A stretch of DNA of 64,000 nt from a bacterium (GTDB lineage Bacteria > SAR324 > NAC60-12): assembly GCA_965209155.1 (NCBI GenBank), contig OZ242383.1, positions 512,001 to 576,000 on the forward strand. The letters are read 5' to 3'. A program made the translations under genes and the position numbers. The notes under the pieces were generated by a model. It made no database searches. It saw nothing but the letters and a program-made list of their open reading frames with translations, and had not been told where the DNA came from. Numbering within the stretch: the stretch's first letter is position 1; the number at the start of each line of letters is the position of its first letter. Below, in pieces: positions 28,922-39,671 of this stretch.

Positions 28922-31452
28922 ATGAAACAGCTGCTCAATCAGCTCGACCTGTATTTTGAAAAAACTCCGGACTGGATCAGACAACATCGTTTTTTGGTGG
29001 GATCAATCCTTTTCCTGGTCGTCGTAATGACGGCTCTCGGGATCCCACGAATTACCATCGACCTGACCCTGGAGTCCTAACTGAAGAAAGATGATCCGAT
29101 CAAGGTCGTTTATGACCGCTTCCGGGAAACCTTCAGCAGTGATGATGGCGTTTATATTGTTTATGAAGCCAGGGATGGGGACGTTTTCTCTTCAAGTTCC
29201 TTGAACGCTTTGCATGCCTTGCATCAGGAATTGGAAGAAAACAGTGGAGGTTTTCCAGGAGAAGAAAGCTCCCCCCTCGATCACTTGGTGGACGTCACCA
29301 GCCTGATCAATGTCAGTTACCTGGAAGTGCAGGGAGACACCCTGCATTCCCGGAATTTTGTCGGTTCCGACCTTCCTGAAACGACGAAGCAGCGGGAGCA
29401 ACTGAGAATGCAGGCATTGGCTCACCCGGAATATCCCCAATTATATATTTCAGAGGATTCTCGTTTGGGGGGATCCTCATTCGTACGGATCTCGGCACTG
29501 TTCCCCTGGAAGAAGAGGAAGAATTCGAAACCATCGAATCCGACGTCCTCAGCGCAGACAATGGAGATTTTTCGCAGGAATCCACGGAATTCAAATCCAC
29601 TTCGATGGAAGAATACGCGGAGTTCAACCGGGCCATCGAACAAATCCTGCAAAAACCACAATACAAGGAGGCGTTCGATTTTTACCTGGTGGGCAACCCC
29701 CCACTGATGGGATTTTTCAATGACGTTGTATTGAAAGAACTCCGATGGGTTTTCCTGGGTACCATTTCCCTGATCGTGCTGACCCTCTGGTTTTTGTTCC
29801 GTTCTTTCAGCGCCGTGCTTTGGCCCCTGGTGGTCGTCTTATTGTCAGTCGTGATGACTTGCGGGCTGATCGGTTGGTTTGGATTGGCCATGACGCTGAT
29901 GATCAACGTTTTGATTCTGCTGATGATCGTGGTGGGCATTGCGGACGTGATTCACATTCTATCGGGCTATCTTTTTTTCCGTCGACAACAGCTGGAGCAC
30001 GCGGCAGCCATGCGTGCCGTTTACAGAAAATCAGGATTGGCCTGCCTGTTGACCAGCGTGACGACTTCGATGGGCATGCTCTCCCTGATCTTCGTACCGA
30101 TCGTGCCCATCCGGGATTTCGGCTTATCCGCAGCAATCGGAGTCATGCTGGCCTTTTTCCTCACCATCTTCATGCTGCCATTGATGCTGGATCTCTGGTC
30201 TCCCGTTTCCCGAAAACGCGCGGCAAAACTGCTCCGGGAAGCAAGCAACCAACCACTCGTGCAGAAATTTCTGGATCAATTAGAACCCCTTGCGCTGAAA
30301 TCGCCGTGGACAGTCGTACTGATTTTTTTTGCAATTGCCGGGGTGAGCCTTTACGGTCTGACACAAGTGACAATTGATTCCAATCTCGTGTCGATCATCA
30401 AGGAAGGTTTGCCCATTCGACAGGCATATCAAGTGGTCGACCGATTTATGGGCGGGGCCAACAATATGGAGATTTATATCGACCTGGAGAAATCAGAGGC
30501 CCTCAAGGACCCGCAGGTCCTGAAAGCCATGGAACACATCCAGGATACCCTGGAGAACGAATACAGCCCACCGGTGGTGCAAACCGCCTCCCTGGTAGAC
30601 GTGGTGAAAAGCACGTTCAAAGCATTGAATGAAGATCGAGAAGAAATGTTCGTAATTCCTGAAGAGGCTGGGACCCTGCAACAGACCCTGCTTATGTTTG
30701 AAACAGCAAACCCGGATGACCGTCAATTACTGGTTCCTGACGATTACAGCCGGGGAAGGATATCCGTACGGGTGCTCAATGCAGGTTCCATGGAATACGT
30801 GGACTTCATGGATCAAGTGAACGGGTTGCTTGAACAGACTTTTTCCCCGCTGAAGTCCCGCTATCCCGCCATGAATGTCGAAATCACGGGCAACCTGGGA
30901 ATGATGATGAAGTCGGTGAACTATATCAGCAAATCTCAAGTACAAAGCTTCAGCATCGCGGTGGGCGTGGTCACCCTCCTGCTCCTGGTAGTTTTTGGTT
31001 CCATCCGCGTGGGACTGCTGGCCATGGTTCCCAATGCTCTGCCCATTGCCGTCACTTTCGGCGTGATGGGATTTTTCAACATCAGCCTGGACGTGGACAC
31101 GCTGATCATTGCTCCCCTCATCATCGGAATTTCCGTGGACGATACCATTCATTTCCTCACCCACTACCGGGCCGAAATCCTGCAGCATGCCGATATTAAA
31201 GCGGCTATCCGTAAAGCCTTGAAAGAAGCCGGACAAGCCATATCCTTCACTTCGTTGGTGCTCATCGCGGGATTTCTTTTCCTGGTGGTTTCATCCCACC
31301 AGGGGTTGGCCCATTTTGGACTCCTCAGCGCGGTGGCTATCGGAACCGCGCTGGTTGCCGACTTGATCCTCCTGCCTGCTTTTTGCCAGATCGGCAACCT
31401 CACTTTCGGACAAGCAAACCTGACACCTCGAACTTCCGGAATAACTCGTTAG
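28922..31452 (+). pseudogene. MMPL/RND-family transporter, disrupted
   Basis: ATG 28922; in-frame TAA at 29078-29080; 1-nt frameshift at CGTTTGGGGGG (~29465); intact C-terminal part with GIAD.IH and GISVDDTIHF motifs. Confidence 0.88.
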
Positions 31453-31512
31453 GGGTGGATTCGATTCCCTTCTCTTAAGAACCGGTTTTGGATTATTAAG
31501 ATCTGAGAATAA

Positions 31513-31665
31513 GTGAATCAGGAGTTAAAATTGAGTCATTCCGGGTTTGCCCCGGAATCCAGGGGGATGCAGGCGATTTTTTGGGAGCAGTAGTTGTCGA
31601 CGCTTCAGAGGTGTTGTACAATAGGAGCATCGCATTTGGATCTCCGCTTGCGCGGGGATGATATT
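31513..31665. repeat. Inverted pair of REP-like hairpins between convergent genes
   Basis: GTCATTCCGGG...CCCGGAATCCAG and TGGATCTCCGC...GCGGGGATGAT; preceded by an 18-mer also found at 45070. Confidence 0.65.
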
Positions 31666-31801
31666 GAAATTCCTATAAGTTCAATAGAATCAAATGGATA
31701 TGTGCTCTCCTGAATGCTATTCAGGAATGATGAGTGAACACTCTCATTTTTTTTTCTGGATTCTCCTTAAAATAGACTTTATTATGATTGGAAAATTTTT
31801 T

Positions 31802-33292
31802 TTAAAAACTATATTTCATACTGAACAATATGCGATCGTTATTACGAAAGGGATAGAGAAGATTTTTTCTTTTCTCTGCTTGATAAATAACCACTCCCCC
31901 CGACAATTGCAAGGCGTCCATTATATCATAATCGGCAGTGAGACGGAACACATCCCCATTGTCTCGTGGTAGCTGCACCCAAGCAACCTGAGGATGCAAT
32001 GTGTTGTTCCAGGTGTCATAACGCAGGGCCAGCGCCAAAATGGCACGATTCTCCTCATTGAACAAATTGGGGTCATAGGCTTCGATTCGGGTCATATTGA
32101 CTTCAACCGACGTTGTCAAATCCGACACTCCCAGGTAATCGAAACCCAACATGATTTGGGTCAGGTTTTTCTCGCTCCAGTTTTGAGGATTCGGCACTAC
32201 ACTTTTCATTTGGCGCTCAAAATCTTCCTGCTTTCGTGCCAGAATCACTCCGAGCTTTCGTGCCAATTCGATTTTGAACAACCAGGGACCATTAACGTAA
32301 TTGGCCGATGCGCCATAGACCCGGATTCGTTTGTACCTGGGAAAATAAGTGGAGTTACGCAATTGGAGATCCAGATAGGGATCGTCTGTAAAAACGTCGG
32401 CAGCTACGAAAGCGACATCGCCTCCATTGAAAGATTTGAAGAGCCGGAGCAACAACTCTGACTCCTTTCCCAGGATTTCAGGTCGTACTTCCGGCGCAAT
32501 AGCAAAGATATTTCTCAATCTGATGAAGGGATCGAAGTCGGAACCTGGTGCGGCATTTTTGTTGGTGCGGAATTCATGAATGACCACCAGATTCCATTCC
32601 CAGTTTTTGTTAAAATAATTTAATCTGGTGGCCCAAACGGGGATACGGGCATTTTCGACATCAACCAACCCCAACTCACGATTGTCCCTCGGATTGCCCA
32701 CATCCGTGATGGCGGCGACTTCCGATTCTCCCCAGGCCATGATTTGACGTCCTGATTTGATCCATAACGACTCAGTGACCGGCCCCTCGATGAAGGTATC
32801 CCGTATTTCTGCTTCCGCTTCAAACGCGTTCAACGTCTCGTCGGAGAAATCATGGCGATTATTCAGACTGTAATAAGCATCGTAGAAAGCATTCCCACTG
32901 ACTTTGACTCTCCACTTTTCCGAGAGTGGGAACCGGTAACTCAGGTTGATAGTGGAACGGATCTTGGTCCAATCCGCCTTGGTTCGCGTGAACGGGAAAC
33001 TGCTGTCGGGTTTTTGATAGCCGTAATTCAATTCTTCTTTAAAAAATCCGCTGAAATCAGACTTGGTACCGGTACCTGCCTCGATCGGAACTTCCACCTT
33101 GATTTCCTGGAAGGCGTCCTCCCCGGATTCTCCGAATCCATCTTCGTTGAGCCACTCATCCACGTCCTCCTCGAATGCTTCCCGTGTTTCAGAAGTGACT
33201 TCTTGTGCTTGTATTACGGACAGTGAATTAAAATTACGGAGAAAAAAACCGATAGCTAAGAAGAGTGCAATCAGGAAAAAAATACGATTCAT
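31802..33292 (-). CDS. DUF1302-like outer-membrane beta-barrel protein
   Basis: N-terminal hydrophobic signal; GRQI.AWG..E.....D..NP.D; C-terminal KYSF. Confidence 0.75.
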   Translation of the reverse strand: MNRIFFLIALFLAIGFFLRNFNSLSVIQAQEVTSETREAFEEDVDEWLNEDGFGESGEDAFQEIKVEVPIEAGTGTKSDFSGFFKEELNYGYQKPDSSFPFTRTKADWTKIRSTINLSYRFPLSEKWRVKVSGNAFYDAYYSLNNRHDFSDETLNAFEAEAEIRDTFIEGPVTESLWIKSGRQIMAWGESEVAAITDVGNPRDNRELGLVDVENARIPVWATRLNYFNKNWEWNLVVIHEFRTNKNAAPGSDFDPFIRLRNIFAIAPEVRPEILGKESELLLRLFKSFNGGDVAFVAADVFTDDPYLDLQLRNSTYFPRYKRIRVYGASANYVNGPWLFKIELARKLGVILARKQEDFERQMKSVVPNPQNWSEKNLTQIMLGFDYLGVSDLTTSVEVNMTRIEAYDPNLFNEENRAILALALRYDTWNNTLHPQVAWVQLPRDNGDVFRLTADYDIMDALQLSGGVVIYQAEKRKNLLYPFRNNDRILFSMKYSF

Positions 33293-34117
33293 TCACAGCC
33301 CCCGTTCCATACGTTGCGTAGTGAACATGTCATCGTCCAAAGGAGCATTGAACTGAATCGAATTAGTTTGCAAAACGGTGCTGTGTTCTATTTTTCCTCT
33401 TTTGGTGGTCACCATCTGTAATCTTTTCGCAGTCCAGATATCCTGGATTTTTTCGATCTCGAAAACAGTCAAATATTTGATTTTCTTTCCTTTTTTAACC
33501 CAGAATTTTCCTCGCACGAGCATGAAGTTGTCTTTACTAATCCACACCTGGCTTTTCATGTATCCGGTTTCTTTGATAACTTGTTTGGCGATGGATGGTT
33601 TTGGCAGACTTTCGATGACCCACACGGGATGAGCGTCCACTGTTTCGTTTTCTTTCCCTTTGACAAAAGTGAAATCATAATTTCCTAATTCCACCCCTTC
33701 AATATCCGAGTAGGTGAAATCACTACCCATGAAAGCACCGGATTTGTCCGCAGAGGCGATCCGTTTCACCTTACGCAATGCTGGCAGGTAGAGCCATGAA
33801 TCATCCTCTTTGCGTTCATCATCCCAGTCGTGGGAAAGAAAGGCGGTGTTTCTGACATCAGCCGGAGTGAGAAAGAAGGTGATCGCTTTCGTGCCCCCGT
33901 CGGTTTCTTTGGAATACACTTTGATCTGGCGCACGCGCTGCCCGCCTTTCCGGTCAATCAGAATCATTGTGCTTTCCTGAATTGAAGTCTCTCCCGTTTC
34001 CCGAGCATCCACTTTCCGCATCACTTCTGTTGCCGTCAATTCCGTTGCTACGGCAGAAGGGATGACGAAACTGAAAAACATTAAAATGCCCATTGAATGC
34101 ATGCGTAATTTAACCAT
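33293..34117 (-). CDS. Outer-membrane lipoprotein-sorting (LolA-like) protein
   Basis: F..PADVR.T.FL, WLYLPALRKVKRI, FMGSDFTY.D, F....M..G. Confidence 0.88.
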   Translation of the reverse strand: MVKLRMHSMGILMFFSFVIPSAVATELTATEVMRKVDARETGETSIQESTMILIDRKGGQRVRQIKVYSKETDGGTKAITFFLTPADVRNTAFLSHDWDDERKEDDSWLYLPALRKVKRIASADKSGAFMGSDFTYSDIEGVELGNYDFTFVKGKENETVDAHPVWVIESLPKPSIAKQVIKETGYMKSQVWISKDNFMLVRGKFWVKKGKKIKYLTVFEIEKIQDIWTAKRLQMVTTKRGKIEHSTVLQTNSIQFNAPLDDDMFTTQRMERGL

Positions 34118-34186
34118 TTTTCACCTTTGCATTATGAATTTTTTCTCTGCAAACTGCTATCGGAAGTCTCTTGAACAACGTAATTA

Positions 34187-36125
34187 GTGTCTGGCAGAAA
34201 ATTACAATTTTACTAATAGGAGATGTAGAACTCGCGAGAATAGCCATTCTTGAACAGGCCATATTTTAGAGAATTGAAGCTTTTTTTCTTTGAGTTCCCC
34301 GCTTTTTTGTTAATCCTCTTTTTTTGGGCAAACCCCTCCCCTCTTTTTTTAGAATGAGGAGTCGTCCTTTGGTTCAGGCCGCTTTTTTGTAGGGTCCTCG
34401 TTTACGACGCTGCCGTTCTTTTTGTTGTTCACGCAGGACGGTGCCGAGACGGTGGATGTTTTTTGCAAGCACAGCCAGAGCGACATAGCGTTCGAACCCC
34501 TTGATCCCATGATCTGGACATCGGTCGAGTCCGTGCACTTCCAGAGCGTTGATGGCGGATTCGATCGCAGCGTGTTGGCGGCGCAGGAGTTTGAATTCCC
34601 GGGAATCTTCTCTCTGCCTGTCTGCTTTGCTCAACTTGCCTTTTTTGGGAAGCACGACAAGATCCAGCAGTGCTTTGAGTTCACGCTGATTCTGCGGGCT
34701 GTGAGCGCCTTTGTCCCAACTCACGACCGCAAGCTCGGGGAAGCGTTTTTTGCTTTCTTCGACGATTTCCACGGCCACCTTCTCATCGCTCTGCCTGCGC
34801 ATCACCTGATGGTGAAGGATGAATTGATCCTGGTCCTCGATGAGGTTGACCCTCAGTCCGAGTTCCACTGGCACTCCCGCCTTGCCCTTGCTGATCCACT
34901 CGGTGTGGGGCTCGAAGATGGAAAAGATTTTTTCATGATGAGGGATGGTTTCGTTGAAACACACCCTGCGGATGATTTGGCTCATGAGTGTTTTTGCAGA
35001 GCCCATGTACTCCCGCAAGCGCAGCAGCTTCAAGGGGGAGCGCACCCGTTTTTCCAAAAGCTCCAGACTTGTCTGGACTCGCAGGTGATACCCCTTGGCC
35101 ATGAGAACGTATTTGAGATATTCTTTGCGCCTCTTTTCTTCGCGGGCACGCTTTATTTGCTCAACTTTCGAAGTGGAAGGCCTGAGCTTTTGGATGAGAC
35201 GATACTGCTTTTTGAACTGCCTGATGTTGAACCGATATTGTCGCCAGCCCTCCAACTGGCAACTCCGTGAAAGCCTGGCGCATTCTTCAATCGTCTTGCG
35301 TACGGCGTCGAAGAGCAGGTTGATGTCGGTCGGATAATGTACATTGGTTTCAACCACAAAGGAGTCGCAGCGAGCACGTAGAGCCTTGCTTGAATCATGA
35401 AGTTCAATCTTCTCCTCCGTGAGATTTCGGGTTGGCCCATCTTTTGGGACGTTTTTTTTACCAGCCCATGTCCGGCTTTGACAACCAACTGATTGATCTC
35501 ATCAAGAATCTCAGGTGTGAAAAGACGCAGGTTATCCTTGATCGTCTGTCGGTTGTAGGTCGTTTTGTCCTCCCACCCTCCATGTCCGAGCATCTGCCGG
35601 ATGGTGTCATGATGGTTAGCCAACTCATGGATGCGGTCGTAATCGGTGTTGAGACCCAGGCGCAATACGCCAAGCACCAGAATCTTCCACTGCTCCATCC
35701 CGGGACGCCCAAGACGAGGGTCCGCTTTGCGATGCCTGTCTTCGTTGCTCAGGCCCGCTCCGCTTCGCGATGGAATGACCCGTTCCAGAACTTTGAATAC
35801 CGATGCGCGTAATGCTGGCGTGGTGTATATGTATTGCAAACCGCGAAGGATAGGGGGGATATCATCACGGGATTTGAGATCCAACTCGATGGCGGCAATG
35901 TCGACTTCGCCAAACTTCATCTGGGGGTCACGTATGGTGCGCATAAAATTTCAAATCTTGAAGATTTATGGAAAAACGAAAGAAACCACTCCGAAGATAC
36001 TGTAACTGCAACGATTGACCCTTCATGCGGGGGGGCGCGCACTCGGGTTTTTTCAAATCTTCGCGTCACAAATATCAGTTTATCATCTTGATATAATTAA
36101 TGAAAGACTTTTTTCTGCCAAACAA
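34187..36125 (-). mobile_element. Complete ISNCY-type insertion sequence
   Basis: Imperfect TIRs GTGTCTGGCAGAAAA / TTTTCTGCCAAACAA; 6-bp direct repeat TAATTA at 34181-34186 and 36126-36131. Confidence 0.88.
34374..35944 (-). CDS. ISNCY-type DDE transposase, split by a -1 frameshift at an A-run (~35455)
   Basis: orfA KSRDDIP..LRGLQ...GRPGM..W; orfB RCDSFVVETNVHYPTD, KIFSIFEPHTEWISKGK, DKG, ESAINALE.HGL.RC. Confidence 0.85.
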
Positions 36126-36131
36126 TAATTA

Positions 36132-36401
36132 GGGCTTGCTGAAAAACTTTTATTTTTAAGAAAGGATTTTTAAGAGTTTTTAATAGAGTTAAGTTGATAA
36201 AGGATTAGACAGCCAATGGAATCGTTTTTTGGTTTATATAACGTTTATAGCGTGTTCTGACACCGATATTTCGCAGGAATCGCAGCGAAAAAAGAAACAA
36301 AAAGAGGAGCCTGAGCCCCTTTTCGAGATTGATCACCAAAAAGGTCAGAGCAATAGAGCACTGGCTGGTTAGAGCAAGTTTGGTCATGACCCTGCCTAGA
36401 C
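36132..36401 (-). mobile_element. 3' remnant of a second IS5-family element
   Basis: End GGGCTTGCTGAAAAA; C-terminal transposase fragment SLGRVMTKL..TS...I...FLVINLEK. Confidence 0.65.
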
Positions 36402-36404
36402 TAA

Positions 36405-37292
36405 GAACCTGTTTGAAAGTCATTTAATTCTCTTTAACATCAAGCAAATCATAGCGAGATAGATTATATTTTCAGAGTTTTTTGCTTTTCTTTCATAATC
36501 GATGTTGAGTCTTCGATACCATCCAAACTAGGAAAAGGTTCTTTCGACGATCCACCTTTTCGGTTGGAGCTGAAAGCCCGTTCTCTGGAGGTTTAGAGTG
36601 ACCTCAAGTTCAGATTGAAATCGATTCCATAACCATTGGGCTAATTCCCCTCGATAACCTCCGTCGGCCCAAATCATCTGAATCGAAAAGAACCAGCGAA
36701 ACATCGATTCCAAAAGATCGTAAGCACTTTTGGAATCGGAGGCATTGGCATCAGTGACTTTAACCATGAGAGGAATTCCTGAGATATCAACAGCTAGATG
36801 CCTTTTATAACCTTTGATTCGATTATTTCCATCAAAACCTCGACTCTCAGCCAGTTCTGTGGTTTTGACAGATTGACTATCAATCATTGCAGCACTGGGT
36901 TCGGCAGCTCTGCCCATTTCTATTCGGGTTTGCCGATGGAGAAACTGGTGAATCAGGAACCAAGTCTCATTCTTACACCATTTACTGTAGTGGTAATAAA
37001 CACTTTGCCAAGGAGGAAAATCTTTGGGAGGCATTCTCCATTGACAACCCGTGACCACTACATACAAAATGGCGTTTATGATAACTCGTAGTTCCCATTT
37101 ACGAAGGTGGGCTCCACGAGTTGAAAGTTCGGGAAGATACTCTTGAAGTCTTTCCCATTGTTTATCACTGACATCACTGTTATAACCTGAACGTTCCATG
37201 TTCACTCCTTGTTATTAAGGTTTCATTTCTCTCAAAATGAATGTGACATGGAACACTTCCAACAGGAAGCTTAACTTATTTCAAACAGGTTC
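36405..37292 (-). mobile_element. IS5-family element (~0.9 kb)
   Basis: TIR GAACCTGTTTGAAA / TTTCAAACAGGTTC, with TAA on both sides. Confidence 0.88.
36420..37205 (-). pseudogene. IS5-family transposase with a nonsense codon
   Basis: RWIVERTFS*(TAG, 36528-36530, at a conserved Trp), then in-frame FGWYRRLNIDYEK to a stop at 36420. Confidence 0.85.
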
Positions 37293-37402
37293 TAAGAGTC
37301 AACCCTCCAAACGCAAAAAAATGCAGCACCCACTGGGAGGAACCAAGATCTCGCAGTTCTATGACCGATGTTTCAAAGCCAGGACGAAATTCCTCCTTTC
37401 CT

Positions 37403-38896
37403 TCAGTCCGCCGCCAGGTGACGTGCTTGCTCCACCGATTTTTTCCACCCGTTAATAAGGGTCGTCACTTGTTGAGCGTCCATTTGAGGAAGAAAATTTC
37501 GATTTCCCCGGCGTATTTGTTCGAGATCTTCCGGACACTTCCAGACACCCATGGCCAATCCTGCGAAAAAGGCGGCACCCAAGGCCGTGGTTTCAGTGAT
37601 TTCCGGTCGATTCACCTCGATACCTGAAATATCTGCCTGAAACTGGCAGAGAAAATCATTTTGACATGCTCCTCCGTCGACCCGCAGGGTACTGATTTTT
37701 CGTCCTGTGTCTTTTTCCATGCATTGCACGATATCATGACTCTGATAACAAATTGCCTCCAAGGCCGCCCGTGCCAAGTGATTTTTGTCAACATTGCGGG
37801 TCAATCCCACAATGGTTCCTCGCGCATGAGCGTCCCAATAGGGAGCCCCCAAACCCACGAATGCCGGGACGATATAAACACCCTGCGTCCCGGCAACCGA
37901 CCGGGCCATGCTTTCGGTTTCCGATGCATCTTTGAAAAGACCCAGACCATCCCGCAGCCATTGAATCAAAGCTCCTGCAATGAAAACCGATCCTTCCAGG
38001 GCATAAGTGACTCGATCGTCAATTTTCCATGCTACCGTCGTCAAAAGCCCATGCTCCGAGCGGGCGGCTTCAGTTCCCGTGTTGAGCAGCATGAAACAAC
38101 CGGTGCCATAGGTATTCTTCACCATTCCCCTGGAAAAACAAGCCTGGCCAAACAAGGCAGCATGTTGGTCACCGGCAACCCCTGCAATCGGAATCTCCCG
38201 GCCAAGTATCGAAACATCGGTCATTCCGAGCACTCCACTGGACGGAACCACTCGAGGCAAAGTAGAAAAAGGAATTTCGAATTTACGCAGAATTTCCTCA
38301 TCCCACTGCTGCTCATGGATATTATAAACCAGGGTCCGTGATGCATTGGTGACGTCCGTCGCGAATACCTTCCCTTTCGTCAGTTTCCAAATCAGCCAGG
38401 CGTCGACGGTCCCCAAAGCGAGTTGATCGTTTTGAGCCAGGTGGGCCGCTTGCGCATTGTTTTTCAGCAACCACCGCATTTTGGTTCCGGAAAAATAGGC
38501 GTCGGGGAGCAGTCCTGTTTTTTCTTGTAAAACCTGCCCAAAGCCTTCCGCTCTGAGCAGGTCACAATAGTCAGCCGTGCGACGACACTGCCAGACGATG
38601 GCATTTTGCACCGGCTCTCCCGTCGATTTATCCCAGGCGATCACCGTTTCTCTTTGATTGGTGATTCCGATGGATTGAATCTCCGACACGGACAACCCAG
38701 CTTTTTTAACGACTGCACGCATCGTAGCGAGTTGCGTGTTCCATAGATCCAATGGATTTTGCTCCACCCAACCGTCTTTGGGATAATGACAGTCTGATTC
38801 CGCGCTCACGCTCGACAGGAGCTGACCTTCTTCTTGAAACAATAAGCTCCTGGAACTGGAGGTTCCCTGATCCAGTGCCATGATCACTTTTGACAT
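37403..38896 (-). CDS. glpK: Glycerol kinase
   Basis: ALDQGTSSSR, GITNQRET, AIVWQCRRT, YFSGTK, GDQ.AALFGQ, KNTYGTGCF, PAFVGLGAPYW; RBS AGGAG. Confidence 0.96.
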   Translation of the reverse strand: MSKVIMALDQGTSSSRSLLFQEEGQLLSSVSAESDCHYPKDGWVEQNPLDLWNTQLATMRAVVKKAGLSVSEIQSIGITNQRETVIAWDKSTGEPVQNAIVWQCRRTADYCDLLRAEGFGQVLQEKTGLLPDAYFSGTKMRWLLKNNAQAAHLAQNDQLALGTVDAWLIWKLTKGKVFATDVTNASRTLVYNIHEQQWDEEILRKFEIPFSTLPRVVPSSGVLGMTDVSILGREIPIAGVAGDQHAALFGQACFSRGMVKNTYGTGCFMLLNTGTEAARSEHGLLTTVAWKIDDRVTYALEGSVFIAGALIQWLRDGLGLFKDASETESMARSVAGTQGVYIVPAFVGLGAPYWDAHARGTIVGLTRNVDKNHLARAALEAICYQSHDIVQCMEKDTGRKISTLRVDGGACQNDFLCQFQADISGIEVNRPEITETTALGAAFFAGLAMGVWKCPEDLEQIRRGNRNFLPQMDAQQVTTLINGWKKSVEQARHLAAD

Positions 38897-38936
38897 GAGG
38901 TATCTCCTGTTCGAGTGGGAATTTCTATGCTGAATC

Positions 38937-39190
38937 ACCTGGTTTCGACATTGCTCTTCAGGTGTATGAATATCCTGAGTGTATTTGTCCTCCTCGCTAA
39001 ACTTGTCCCTGTTAAACTTGTCCCTGCGAAAGCAGGGAGCAAGGAGCGGAGAGCCCGAATTCGGTCTGGCTGCATACCCCTGGATTCCTGGTCAAGCCAG
39101 GAATGACATATGCGATCCACTGGATACCGGATCAAGCTTGGAATGACAGTTGCGATCCACTGGATACCGGATCAAGTTCGGGATAACAAA
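38937..39190 (-). repeat. Degenerate MITE end plus tandem REP units
   Basis: ACCTGGTTTCGACAT... resembles the MITE arm; followed by nested 22-bp hairpins and three CTGGAT(T/A)CC...TCAAG...G(A/G)AT.AC units. Confidence 0.75.
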
Positions 39191-39671
39191 TCATTATTTA
39201 TCGTAATCTGACTCTCAATATAGCAAATTGCTACAATTGTTCAGTTAGTTTTTCAAAGTCATGATTGGAAACAAATCCTGGATGGGAAGCAATCTCCAAC
39301 TGGGTTTGTCGTTCAAATAATGATCCATTAGCGATCTGGATAGTGCGGTCACCTTTGTGCCCCTGTGCCGTTGTGCCTCTGTGCCTGGCCGGGAAATGTT
39401 TCATGAGTCCTAAAGGGAGCGCTTTATGCAAAATTAATTCATGTAACATCAGATTTTAAAATACTTGACCCCTTCCATGATATTCATTAGAAACCTTATC
39501 ATCGGATTGCCACCATGATTCGAGTTAATTTTATGAAAGAACCCGTTCAAAAGCAGGAAGAATGAAAAAAATTCGGAAGAGGAATTGAATTTTTTGAATG
39601 AAGTCTCTAAAAACGAAAAAATCAGCTCCTTTTTTTGCAGGGACAAACACTCAATTTCATTGAGGTTTCAG

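Noticed and set aside
29078..29080. Stop-codon reassignment or readthrough in MMPL and the IS5 transposase (36528)
   Set aside because: TAA and TAG end many intact genes in this window, and MMPL has a second independent lesion, so ordinary pseudogenisation is simpler
39080..39190. CRISPR-like periodic repeats
   Set aside because: Units are REP hairpins with short, repeated spacers; no unique spacers and no cas genes
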